Source: an uncultured Clostridia bacterium
GTDB taxonomy: Bacteria > Bacillota > Clostridia > Peptostreptococcales > Anaerovoracaceae
DNA length: 64,000 nt
Direction of reading: 5' to 3'
Assembly: GCA_934281605.1 (NCBI GenBank)
Contig: CAKQXD010000008.1
Location: forward strand, 15,114 to 79,113
Shown: in pieces, positions 1 to 8,312 of the stretch
Numbering within the stretch: position 1 is the first letter of the stretch
Layout: every line of letters starts with the position of its first letter
The notes under the pieces: generated by a model
Seen by the model: the letters and a program-made list of their open reading frames with translations, nothing else
What the model was told of the DNA's origin: nothing
The model's database searches: none
Made by a program: the position numbers and the translations under genes

Positions 1-535
1 TAACAAAAAGCTCCGCAGAAGCATGTTCATCGCAGTTTTACTGGCGCTGATGCTGGGAGTGACCACTTTCGCGCTGATCACTTCTATGGTGGAGGTCAAA
101 GACAATCACTTCGAAACCGGAGTAGTCAAGATCAACCTCAGCGACGGCGAGCCGGTCATCCGCGAGGACGAATACCTCTTTGAACCGGGCATGCGCGTGC
201 AGAAGAATTTCTTCATCGAAAACGAAGGCTCGATAGATGCTTACTATAAAATTTATCTGGAAGACGTCAAAGGCGATCTGGCAGATGTGCTGGAAGCGAC
301 CATTACCGAGAAAGAAAGCGGCAAGGTGCTTTACCAGGGCCTTGTCAGTGATCTGACGAGAGGCTCGGCGGCGGTGGACGATGGGACGCTGGCTGCCGGT
401 GAGCGCAAGGATCTGACCATTCTGTTCTACTTCCCGAAAGAGCGGGGCAACGAAGCGCAGGATAAGACGCTGTCCTTCCGGATGGGAGCAACTGCAACAC
501 AGGTAAGAAATAACCCGGGCCACAGTTTCGAATAA
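1..535 (+). CDS. TasA/camelysin-family secreted protein, 5' end truncated by window edge
   Basis: Frame of the ORF at 23 is open back to nt 2; residues encoded before Met23 (..NKKLRRS) continue the KKALRGS-hydrophobic-TTFAWFTD pattern of the downstream paralogs (here GVTTFALITS); LFEPG..NFFIENEGS and FRMGATATQ resemble TasA core motifs. Confidence 0.5.
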   Translation, partial: NKKLRRSMFIAVLLALMLGVTTFALITSMVEVKDNHFETGVVKINLSDGEPVIREDEYLFEPGMRVQKNFFIENEGSIDAYYKIYLEDVKGDLADVLEATITEKESGKVLYQGLVSDLTRGSAAVDDGTLAAGERKDLTILFYFPKERGNEAQDKTLSFRMGATATQVRNNPGHSFE

Positions 536-576
536 CACAGCACTAGAGATCAAGCAGCGAAGGAGAATTTTTTTCA

Positions 577-1851
577 ATGAAAAAAGTGTGGAACATTATC
601 AGAAAAATTATCGTGTGGGCGATCGTCGTATTCTCGCTGGGCATGATGGCATTCACCATTATTTCCGTCACGACGTTCGACCGTGCGGACCGCAGCGTAT
701 TTGGCTACAGCGCGTTCATCGTACTGTCGGATTCCATGAAGGCTACGGACTTTGATGCAGGAGACCTGGTTCTCATCAAGGAGACCGATCCCAGCACATT
801 AAAGGCAGGCGACATCATCTCGTTCCAGTCGCCGGATGAATCCAACTACGGCGAAATCGTGACTCATAAAATCCGTGAAGTCACAACGGATGACGAAGGA
901 AATCCAGGATTCATCACTTACGGAACAACGACTGATTCCAACGACCAGGGAATCGTCACCTATAATCTGGTAATCGGAAAATATCAGGGACATATTCCGA
1001 ACGTAGGAACTTTCTTTAACTTCCTCAAAACCGTACCGGGGTATTTCATCTGTATTTTCACACCGTTCTTCATCCTGATCCTGGTGCAGGCAAGAAACAG
1101 CATCAAGCTGTTCCGCAAGTACAAGAAGGAGCAGGTGGAAGAAATCCAGGCAGAAAAGAAATCGCTGGAAGAAGAACGGGCCAAATCGCAGGAGATGATG
1201 GAACAGCTGATGCAGATGCAGCAGGCTATGGAGAAAAATGGCGGCACGCTTCCGCCGGAATACCTGGCTCAGATGCAGGCGTCTCAATTTGCAAAGCCTC
1301 CGGCTGACGTTTCTGATACTGCAAAGAGCTCTGCCGACATTCCGAAAGCTGCGCCGCAGCCTGAGCCTCAGAATCCGGCTCCGGCAGACGTTACGCCAGC
1401 GCAGGCGGCATCGGCACAGTCGACCGCAGCGCAGGAAGCTCCGATAGCACCGGTAAGGTCAGAAAGACCGCAGGCTCAAGCACAGCTGCAGAGAACTGGT
1501 GCACCACAAAGACCAGTCACACCGGCAGCCTCGCCGCGATCGACAGCTCCGATCCCACCAGTAAGACCGGAAGCACCGAAACGGACTGTGACACCAGATA
1601 TGTCGCACAGACCGGCGGCTCCACAAAACCCGGTAACGCCGCCACCGGCCACTGCTCCCGTACATCCGGCTCCTGCCCCTCGGCAGAATCCGGCCCCGGA
1701 AGCCCCGACAAGGCCGGCATCTGCCGCGCCGAAGCACCCAGCGCAGCCAGCTTCGCAGCAGAGACCTGCTGTACCGGCAAGATCAGCCAGCAGAGCAGGA
1801 TTCGACGTCCGGTCCGTCGCCAGGGAAAAGAATGACCTGGAACAGAAATAG
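577..1851 (+). CDS. sipW: SipW-type (S26B, archaeal/ER-type) signal peptidase I with long low-complexity C-terminal extension
   Basis: N-terminal TM helix, VLSDSMKAT..GDLVLI..AGDIISF..VTHKI..FITYGTTTDSND matches the SipW pattern VLSGSMEP..GDL..GDVV.F..VTHRI..FITKGDNND (Ser-Met and His retained); second TM, then coiled-coil and roughly 250 aa Pro/Ala/Gln-rich tail; sits inside a TasA-like gene array. Confidence 0.6.
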   Translation: MKKVWNIIRKIIVWAIVVFSLGMMAFTIISVTTFDRADRSVFGYSAFIVLSDSMKATDFDAGDLVLIKETDPSTLKAGDIISFQSPDESNYGEIVTHKIREVTTDDEGNPGFITYGTTTDSNDQGIVTYNLVIGKYQGHIPNVGTFFNFLKTVPGYFICIFTPFFILILVQARNSIKLFRKYKKEQVEEIQAEKKSLEEERAKSQEMMEQLMQMQQAMEKNGGTLPPEYLAQMQASQFAKPPADVSDTAKSSADIPKAAPQPEPQNPAPADVTPAQAASAQSTAAQEAPIAPVRSERPQAQAQLQRTGAPQRPVTPAASPRSTAPIPPVRPEAPKRTVTPDMSHRPAAPQNPVTPPPATAPVHPAPAPRQNPAPEAPTRPASAAPKHPAQPASQQRPAVPARSASRAGFDVRSVAREKNDLEQK

Positions 1852-1879
1852 ACTCAAATAAATACACCTTAAAAAGACC

Positions 1880-1969
1880 CTCCGCTCACCACCCGGTGAG
1901 CGGAGATCAAAGGGCACGAACTGTCGAAGCTTTGCAGAAAAGCATAAATCGACCGCGCCTTTTGATCTC
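1880..1969 (+). other. structured intergenic element 1 (hairpin A CTCCGCTCACC/GGTGAGCGGAG plus 13-bp long-range stem GAGATCAAAGGGC/GCGCCTTTTGATCTC)
   Basis: Inverted repeats read directly; same two-part architecture recurs at 3268, 4627 and 5906 upstream of each paralog. Confidence 0.5.
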
Positions 1970-2061
1970 CGAGAGGGAGAAGCTCCTCTCCTCGAATCTC
2001 TGGAAAAATTTCGAGGGGGGGGTACATCGCACATCGTTATTTAAAATGGAGGAGCAAAACT

Positions 2062-3237
2062 ATGAACGAAAGCACGAAAACGAAAAAAGCACTCCGAGGC
2101 AGTCTGTTCGCATTATTCTTATGCATCGTACTGCTCATCGGAACGACCTTCGCTTGGTTTACAGACACTGCAAGTACAGGCGTAAACAAGATCCAGGCTG
2201 GGAATCTGGATGTGGAGCTGGAATACAGCCATGACATGGTAAAGTGGCAGGCGGCAAACGAGAATACTCAGATGTTTAATGACGACACTCTTTGGGAGCC
2301 GGGGCACACAGAGGTTGTATATCTCCGTGTAAAGAATGCAGGAAATCTGGCACTGAAATACAATATAGCTACAAACTCTTATGATATGGAAAGAGGAAAA
2401 AATGCTGCTGGTGATTTGTTCTATATTGATCAATATCTGAAGATCGGTACCGTGCAGACAAATGCTGCTTTTGCAAACCGCGAAGAAGCGATTGCAGCAA
2501 TCGCTGATACAGAGAAGACAATAGCAAAAGAAACTCCGATCAGTAAAGATTGGACTGTTCTGAAGGCTGGCGAAAAGAGTGCGCCAACTGCGGTTGTTCT
2601 CTATATGCCGACTACAGTTGGTAATGAAGCGAACAATGTTCAGTCTTGGCGTAAGCCTTCACTGAAAGGACTCGGACTGGTTGTAAATGCAACTCAGGCA
2701 ACTGTGGAATCTGATAGCTTCAATAATACATATGATGAAAACGCTGCAACGACGCTTTCAACAGTAAGTTATAGTTCAGGACAGCATAACATTACTGGAA
2801 AAATTCAGGCAAATGGCAGTTTTGGTGCAGTTCAGGCTGAGGGAACAGCTCAGTTTACCATAGATGCTGACGTCTATGCTGTGTACAATAATGGCGGTGC
2901 CATGGCTGTTGAAGCTGGTGGAACCAGTAGGGTTATCATCAATGGAGGAGACTTCCGTCAGGTAGGAGTACCGAAGGATGATTCTGCATGCGATTTGATT
3001 TATGCAACGGACAGTGCGACTATCGAGATCAAGGGTGGAACTTTTAAAGCCGTTAAACCTGCCAATACTCTCAATGTTAAGGACACAGATAGAGGTAGTG
3101 CGAAAATTATCGTTAAAGGCGGATCTTTCTACAAATATGATCCTTCCAATCCTACACTGGGGGATAATGAAGTCTTTGTAGCTGCTGGCTATCATGTAGA
3201 AAAGAGCGGTGACTGGTATAAGGTAGTTGCTGATTAA
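2062..3237 (+). CDS. SipW-cognate signal peptide protein: TasA-like N-domain fused to C-terminal beta-helix-like domain (paralog 1)
   Basis: MNESTKTKKALRGSLFALFLCIVLLIGTTFAWFTDTASTGVNKIQ, cf. TasA GGGTWAAFND/camelysin GGGTFAFFSD; LWEPG..KNAGNLALKY core motif; C-terminal GG-T/F repeats and conserved end PSNP..G....FVAAGY.V; RBS GGAGG upstream. Confidence 0.65.
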   Translation: MNESTKTKKALRGSLFALFLCIVLLIGTTFAWFTDTASTGVNKIQAGNLDVELEYSHDMVKWQAANENTQMFNDDTLWEPGHTEVVYLRVKNAGNLALKYNIATNSYDMERGKNAAGDLFYIDQYLKIGTVQTNAAFANREEAIAAIADTEKTIAKETPISKDWTVLKAGEKSAPTAVVLYMPTTVGNEANNVQSWRKPSLKGLGLVVNATQATVESDSFNNTYDENAATTLSTVSYSSGQHNITGKIQANGSFGAVQAEGTAQFTIDADVYAVYNNGGAMAVEAGGTSRVIINGGDFRQVGVPKDDSACDLIYATDSATIEIKGGTFKAVKPANTLNVKDTDRGSAKIIVKGGSFYKYDPSNPTLGDNEVFVAAGYHVEKSGDWYKVVAD

Positions 3238-3267
3238 GAAAAAATCATTAGCTGATTCAAATAATGT

Positions 3268-3349
3268 AATGCTAATAGTTCCGCTCACCGATAGGTGAGC
3301 GGAAAGTAAAGGACATATTACCACATAAAATCGCGATGGATACTGTGTC
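3268..3349 (+). other. structured intergenic element 2 (hairpin A TTCCGCTCACC/GGTGAGCGGAA plus perfect 15-bp stem GGAAAGTAAAGGACA/TGTCCTTTACTTTCC)
   Basis: Read directly; stem B differs from element 3 at three positions, each with a compensatory change. Confidence 0.5.
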
Positions 3350-3405
3350 CTTTACTTTCCGATAAAAAGATATTGTATTAAGAAATGTGAGAAAGGAAGA
3401 AGCAA

Positions 3406-4611
3406 ATGAACGAGAGCACGAAAACAAAAAAAGCGCTCCGCGGCAGTCTCTTTGCATTATTCTTATGCATCGTACTGCTGATCGGAACGACATTCGCATG
3501 GTTCACGGACACTGCAAGCACAGGTGTGAACAAGATCCAGTCCGGTAAGCTGGATGTGGAACTGCAGTACAAGGACGGTGACACCTGGAAAAATGCAGAA
3601 GGACAGACTTTGGATTTTCAGAAAGCTGAAAAAGGAGCCGGAGAGGAAATCCTTTGGGAACCGGGATGCACGTACAAACTGCCGGAAATCAAAGTTGTTA
3701 ACAACGGAAACCTGGCACTGAAGTACAAACTGGAAGTGACAGGAATCGAAGGTGATAAAAAGCTGAATGAAGTCATCGACTGGACGATTGCTGGTGGTGA
3801 ATTAGATGCGGAGAAGCCTTTGGCAGCAAGTGCATCGTCTGATCCGATGACGATTCAGGGACACATGCAGGAATCTGCAGGTAACGAATATCAAAATCTG
3901 TCCATTGAAGGCATCAGCATTACTGTATATGCAACCCAGGATACAGTTGAAAACGACAGCTTTAATAATCAGTATGATAAGAACGCAACTTATCCGGTGA
4001 AGTCAGCCAATGAGCTGAAAGAAGCGCTTGCTAACGGTGGCAGTGTTTCCGTATCGAAGGATATTAAGACAGATAATATTGGTGATACGGCTGCAGATCG
4101 TGTGATTATTTCAAATCCGACGACGCTGAATTTAGATGCAAAGATCGTAAGCCCGGATGACATGGGGAATAACAATACGAATTTCTGTGCGTTGATTGTT
4201 GATGCGAATACGACGATCAATGCGACTGCAAATGGTGGTATTGATACAGGCAAAAATGGCGGATATGCAATCAATGTTCGCAAGGGCGCAAATCTGACGA
4301 TCAACAATGGCTACTATTACGGTGGCGGTACTGCGGTTCAGGTACAGGAAGGCACACTAACGATCAACGGCGGTACCTTTGCCTGCGAGCCGTTCGGCGC
4401 TCCATATGGTTACAACTTCCTCATCAACTGCGTGGACTCCGCTTACAAAAATGGAACTGCAAAAGTTATCATCAAAGGTGGTACATTCATTAACTTCAAT
4501 CCTTCCAATAACTCCGCAGAAGGAGCAGGAACGAGCTTCGTAGCTGACGGCTACACTGTGAAGTCTGAAGTAAAAGGTAATGATACTTATTATACTGTAG
4601 TAAAGAAATAA
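3406..4611 (+). CDS. SipW-cognate signal peptide protein: TasA-like N-domain plus beta-helix-like C-terminal domain (paralog 2)
   Basis: First 45 aa identical to paralog 1 (synonymous nucleotide differences); LWEPGCTYKLPEIKVVNNGNLALKY; C-terminal SANELKEALANGGSVSVSKDI.. then GG-T repeats; ends FVADGYTVKSEVKGNDTYYTVVKK. Confidence 0.65.
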   Translation: MNESTKTKKALRGSLFALFLCIVLLIGTTFAWFTDTASTGVNKIQSGKLDVELQYKDGDTWKNAEGQTLDFQKAEKGAGEEILWEPGCTYKLPEIKVVNNGNLALKYKLEVTGIEGDKKLNEVIDWTIAGGELDAEKPLAASASSDPMTIQGHMQESAGNEYQNLSIEGISITVYATQDTVENDSFNNQYDKNATYPVKSANELKEALANGGSVSVSKDIKTDNIGDTAADRVIISNPTTLNLDAKIVSPDDMGNNNTNFCALIVDANTTINATANGGIDTGKNGGYAINVRKGANLTINNGYYYGGGTAVQVQEGTLTINGGTFACEPFGAPYGYNFLINCVDSAYKNGTAKVIIKGGTFINFNPSNNSAEGAGTSFVADGYTVKSEVKGNDTYYTVVKK

Positions 4612-4626
4612 ATTTGCTTACACATA

Positions 4627-4699
4627 TTCCGCTCACCGGTGGTGAGCGGAAAGGAAAGAATATTTTACTGGATAATTAGTATGGTATTCTTTCCTTTCC
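4627..4699 (+). other. structured intergenic element 3 (hairpin A plus perfect 15-bp stem GGAAAGGAAAGAATA/TATTCTTTCCTTTCC)
   Basis: Read directly; covaries with element 2. Confidence 0.5.
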
Positions 4700-4766
4700 G
4701 AAGGGAATTGCGTATTGGATTAGATTTACTTTATGGAACGAAATCTAAGAAAGGAAGAAGAAGCAA

Positions 4767-5870
4767 ATGAACGAGAGCACAAAAACGAAAAAAGCACTCC
4801 GCGGCAGTCTCTTTGCATTATTCTTATGCATCGTACTGCTGATCGGAACAACATTCGCATGGTTCACGGATACTGCAAGCACTGGGGTGAACAAGATCCA
4901 GTCTGGTAAGCTGAAAGTTGGACTTCAGTACAAAGATACTGATGGTAACTGGAAGGATGCAACTAAGACAACTTTGGACTTTGTAAAAGCTAAGGATGCT
5001 AAAGATGAAGCAATTTTATGGGAGCCTGGTTGTACTTATGAATTACCACAAATCAAAGTTGTAAATGAAGGTAATTTAGCTCTGAAATATGTTATTAAAG
5101 TAACTGGAATTCAGGGTGATGCTAAGTTGAATGAAGTAATTGACTGGACTGTAGATGGTAATGCATTAGATAAAGATCAAACGCTGTTAGCTAATAAAGA
5201 ATCTGATCCAATGACAATCAAGGGACATATGCAGGAGTCTGCAGGTAACGAATATCAGGATCTGTCGATTGATGGAATCACCATTACTGTATATGCAACG
5301 CAGGATACAGTTGAAAGCGACAGCATTGATAATCAGTACGATAAGGATGCTCAGTACACTGAAACAATCGCAGAGGGCAAAACTTTTACAAGTGGTACCC
5401 ATACTATCAACACTGGTGTTACTGCAACTAAAGCTAATGCGATTGCTGTAAAAGCAACAGGTTCTAGCACCAATGTGACAATCACTGGAGGAACCTTTAA
5501 CGGTGGTTCTGGTGGAAATAATCAGTGCATCCACGTTGCCAATGGTGCAACTGTTACGATCAAGGATGGCACATTTACAGTTGGTGGAGATGCTAAGGGC
5601 GAAGGAAACTCTGTTATTGAGAGCAATGGTGGAAATATCATCATCGAAGGTGGATTTTTCCAGACAGACTATTCTTGGAGAGGTTTCTATTATGTTCTGA
5701 ATCAGCAGAACAATAACCCGGGAACAATCACTGTTAAGGGCGGTACATTCGTAAATTACGATCCAAGCAAGGGTGATGATAACCTGGGTGGAAACTTCGT
5801 AGCTGACGGCTATAAAGTAGTTTCCGAAACTCACGGATCCGATACTTGGTACAAAGTCGTTGTAAAATAA
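4767..5870 (+). CDS. SipW-cognate signal peptide protein: TasA-like N-domain plus beta-helix-like C-terminal domain (paralog 3)
   Basis: Same N-terminus; repeats TITGGTFNGG / TIKDGTFTVGG / IIEGGFF / TVKGGTF; ends FVADGYKVVSETHGSDTWYKVVVK. Confidence 0.65.
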   Translation: MNESTKTKKALRGSLFALFLCIVLLIGTTFAWFTDTASTGVNKIQSGKLKVGLQYKDTDGNWKDATKTTLDFVKAKDAKDEAILWEPGCTYELPQIKVVNEGNLALKYVIKVTGIQGDAKLNEVIDWTVDGNALDKDQTLLANKESDPMTIKGHMQESAGNEYQDLSIDGITITVYATQDTVESDSIDNQYDKDAQYTETIAEGKTFTSGTHTINTGVTATKANAIAVKATGSSTNVTITGGTFNGGSGGNNQCIHVANGATVTIKDGTFTVGGDAKGEGNSVIESNGGNIIIEGGFFQTDYSWRGFYYVLNQQNNNPGTITVKGGTFVNYDPSKGDDNLGGNFVADGYKVVSETHGSDTWYKVVVK

Positions 5871-5905
5871 GATGTAACAATCAAATTATCAAGATTTCAA
5901 TTTCC

Positions 5906-5970
5906 ACCCGCCTTTTGGCGGGCGGGAATCAAAGGGCACAGAGCGCGAGCGGTTTGTGTGCCTTTTGATT
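5906..5970 (+). other. structured intergenic element 4 (hairpin CCCGCC/GGCGGG plus 14-bp stem AATCAAAGGGCACA/TGTGCCTTTTGATT)
   Basis: Read directly; shares the ATCAAAGGGCAC / GCCTTTTGAT arms with element 1, each with a single G-U position. Confidence 0.5.
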
Positions 5971-5998
5971 TCTGAAAATAACAGAAGGAGATTCTGAT

Positions 5999-7417
5999 AT
6001 GAAACGGAGCAGTACAACGAAAAAAGCTCTTTTTATAAGTACGTGTGCATTGTTGTTCAGCCTGCTGATGATGGCTGGCAGTACCTTTGCATGGTTCACA
6101 GACAGCGTCAGCACCGGCAGCAACAAGATTACGACCGGATCGCTGGACGTGCAGCTTTTGCATCAAAATCAGCATGTGGACAGCAGCGAAAAGGTGACGC
6201 AGAGCACGCTTTTGTTCACCGATAAAGATGGAAAAGCGATAAACTGGGAACCGGGCGCGGCGGCATACGAAAACTTTACAGTAAAAAACAACGGCAATCT
6301 GGCACTGAATTACAGACTGGCGCTGGATCTGAACAACGCCAACACCATCGCCGGAACGGACAAATCCTTAAAGGATGTTTTAAAAGTCAAAATCGTGAAA
6401 GGCGGAGTGTCTGCATCAGACGTGAAGGAAGATGCGCTGAAGAATGCAACGAACTTTGCAGCGGTGACGGACGGACAGATCAACATTCCTGCAGCAGCAG
6501 GAGATGCCCGCGAGCAGAAGCTTGTCAAGGATGCAAAGAGCGCAACCTACGGAGTCATTCTTTACTGGCAGCCGGATCCGGAGCGCGATTATGAGTATAA
6601 CCTGACTAATTATCCAAACAAGGATTCCAATAACAATGAGAAGGATCTGACCAGCGATGGCAACGATCATCTTTCGATTGATCTGGGGATCAGCCTGGCG
6701 GCAACGCAGGCGATGGAAGAGGCGGACAGTGCTGGCAATACCTATGATCAGGGCGCGATTTACCCGGCGTCCAGCGCGGCGGAGCTGAAAGACGCATTAA
6801 GCAAGGCTGGCAAGGGCGATGTTGTGGAACTGACGGGAAATATTGCACTGGATTCGGATCTGAGCATCAGCAGGGATGTGACCATCAGAAGCACTGGCGG
6901 TGCGGTGATCTCCGGGGAATCCGTTGTGATCGGTTCGACCGCGGATGTGACGCTGCAGGGCATCACGTTCAAGTCGCCGAGGTCTTCGGGGAACAAGGGA
7001 ATCAGCCTCAAGACTTCTGATTATGCCGGCAAGCTGGTTCTGGACAAGTGTACTTTTGAGGAGCCGCAGTGGAGCAGTCTCAAGATCGATGCAAAGGCTT
7101 CGGCCAGCGTTACCATAAAGAACTGCACGTTCGATGCATCCGGTACAGCGGCGGGTCATAAGTGTGATAAAGAATCGGATTCTTCTGCACTGGCGGATGG
7201 CGCACATCGGATCCTTTCCATTTCGGGAGCTTCGGGAACAGAGCTGACGATGACGGACAATACGTTTAAGGGGCTGGATAAATGCGATGCTTCTTCGGCT
7301 GTTCTGATCAGCGGGATCACCGGAAGCGGACTGAGCGTGAAGGGAAATACAGCGGATACGCTTTCCAAAGTGAGTATCGGTGCGAACGGAAGCACCAGCG
7401 GTTTTACGAAAAAATAA
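5999..7417 (+). CDS. SipW-cognate signal peptide protein: TasA-like N-domain plus pectin-lyase-fold-like parallel beta-helix domain (paralog 4)
   Basis: GSTFAWFTDSVSTGSNKITTGSLDVQL; NWEPG..VKNNGNLALNY; C-terminal AELKDALSKAGKGDVVELTGNIAL.. followed by repetitive V/I-T/S-G strands typical of right-handed beta-helices. Confidence 0.6.
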   Translation: MKRSSTTKKALFISTCALLFSLLMMAGSTFAWFTDSVSTGSNKITTGSLDVQLLHQNQHVDSSEKVTQSTLLFTDKDGKAINWEPGAAAYENFTVKNNGNLALNYRLALDLNNANTIAGTDKSLKDVLKVKIVKGGVSASDVKEDALKNATNFAAVTDGQINIPAAAGDAREQKLVKDAKSATYGVILYWQPDPERDYEYNLTNYPNKDSNNNEKDLTSDGNDHLSIDLGISLAATQAMEEADSAGNTYDQGAIYPASSAAELKDALSKAGKGDVVELTGNIALDSDLSISRDVTIRSTGGAVISGESVVIGSTADVTLQGITFKSPRSSGNKGISLKTSDYAGKLVLDKCTFEEPQWSSLKIDAKASASVTIKNCTFDASGTAAGHKCDKESDSSALADGAHRILSISGASGTELTMTDNTFKGLDKCDASSAVLISGITGSGLSVKGNTADTLSKVSIGANGSTSGFTKK

Positions 7418-7426
7418 CGAGAGGAC

Positions 7427-8143
7427 GTGTTACTGTTGAAAAGACGACAGAACAATTTCATAAAGGACGGGACGGCAGCGGAGTCTTCCGTGTGGAAGAT
7501 GCTGCTCCCTTCGTTTCTGGGAATCATTGTCTGCACCATTTGTCTGGCGGGCATGACCTGGGCGTGGTTTACCAGCGGAGTGCAGTCGCAGTCCACGATA
7601 ACGGCGGACGAGTATTCCCTCAACGAGACCATTACGCCGAAAGCGGGCGGTCAGGCATTAGAAAAGTCCAGTGAAGGAACTTATGCGCTGGCTGCCAATA
7701 CGACGTATGTTGTAAAGGTAACGCCGACGGTGACGCCGCAAAGCGGAGGCTACTGCATCGTCAAGATCATTTCAGACGGCAGTGAGGCCAAGTATTATAC
7801 GCAGTCACTGAATGCCAGCCAGGAATTTAACTTCCTGATTTCCAATGGCAGCAAGGCGGTTTCCTGTCAGGTGATTGCAGCATGGGGAACGCCGGATGCT
7901 TCGAAGACGGCGAATAATACGCTGCTGGGATCGGGTTCGACGATCACAGTCAATGGCGGTGCCCCAGCAGATGTTACACAGCCAGCACAGGATTCGGTAA
8001 AATCCGACTCTAATAAGACGAACTCCGATTCCGATGCCTCCAATGCTGCAAAGGATTCCAACGTATCCAGCGGCAGCGATCAGAAAGATGATGGTGCTGC
8101 GAATACGACCCAGAAGAGCGATCAGGAAACGACTGGGGAGTAA
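7427..8143 (+). CDS. small SipW-cognate signal peptide protein with Ser/Asp/Asn-rich C-terminal tail (paralog 5)
   Basis: CLAGMTWAWFTSGVQSQS motif after a TM segment; start is 9 nt after the stop of paralog 4; polar low-complexity tail. Confidence 0.5.
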   Translation: MLLLKRRQNNFIKDGTAAESSVWKMLLPSFLGIIVCTICLAGMTWAWFTSGVQSQSTITADEYSLNETITPKAGGQALEKSSEGTYALAANTTYVVKVTPTVTPQSGGYCIVKIISDGSEAKYYTQSLNASQEFNFLISNGSKAVSCQVIAAWGTPDASKTANNTLLGSGSTITVNGGAPADVTQPAQDSVKSDSNKTNSDSDASNAAKDSNVSSGSDQKDDGAANTTQKSDQETTGE

Positions 8144-8199
8144 AGCGAGCTTGGAACCCTGCAATTAAGTAGTATTGCGCGACTTCCCTCAAGTCATAA

Positions 8200-8228
8200 T
8201 TGACATTACAATCTGTTTGAATTATAAT
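8200..8228 (+). promoter_or_regulatory. consensus sigma-A promoter TTGACA-17-TATAAT
   Basis: TTGACA at 8200-8205, 17-nt spacer, TATAAT at 8223-8228. Confidence 0.5.
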
Positions 8229-8234
8229 AACATT

Positions 8235-8312
8235 AACCAAAAGGGTGGTTATGTTCAAGTTGTTCACAACACAAAAAACACCGAAGTGCGATTTTCGGTG
8301 TTTTTTATTTTT
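8235..8312 (+). ncRNA. candidate small RNA (about 78 nt) from consensus promoter to intrinsic terminator
   Basis: Promoter at 8200-8228; terminator hairpin CACCGAA/TTCGGTG plus T-run at 8278-8312; only a 35-codon ORF (ATG 8251) that runs through the terminator; no downstream same-strand gene. Confidence 0.3.

Noticed and set aside
577-1851. Inactive pseudo-peptidase call for the first SipW because SGSMEP is replaced by SDSMKA
   Set aside because: The Ser-Met pair and the downstream His (VTHKI) are retained, so loss of activity cannot be concluded from sequence alone; left as an open question in the findings.
799-1867. Several minus-strand and plus-strand ORFs (799-1287, 1238-1447, 1459-1737, 1517-1867) within sipW
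   Set aside because: They lie in the repetitive Pro/Ala-rich-encoding 3' half of sipW; the Arg-rich translations are frame artefacts.
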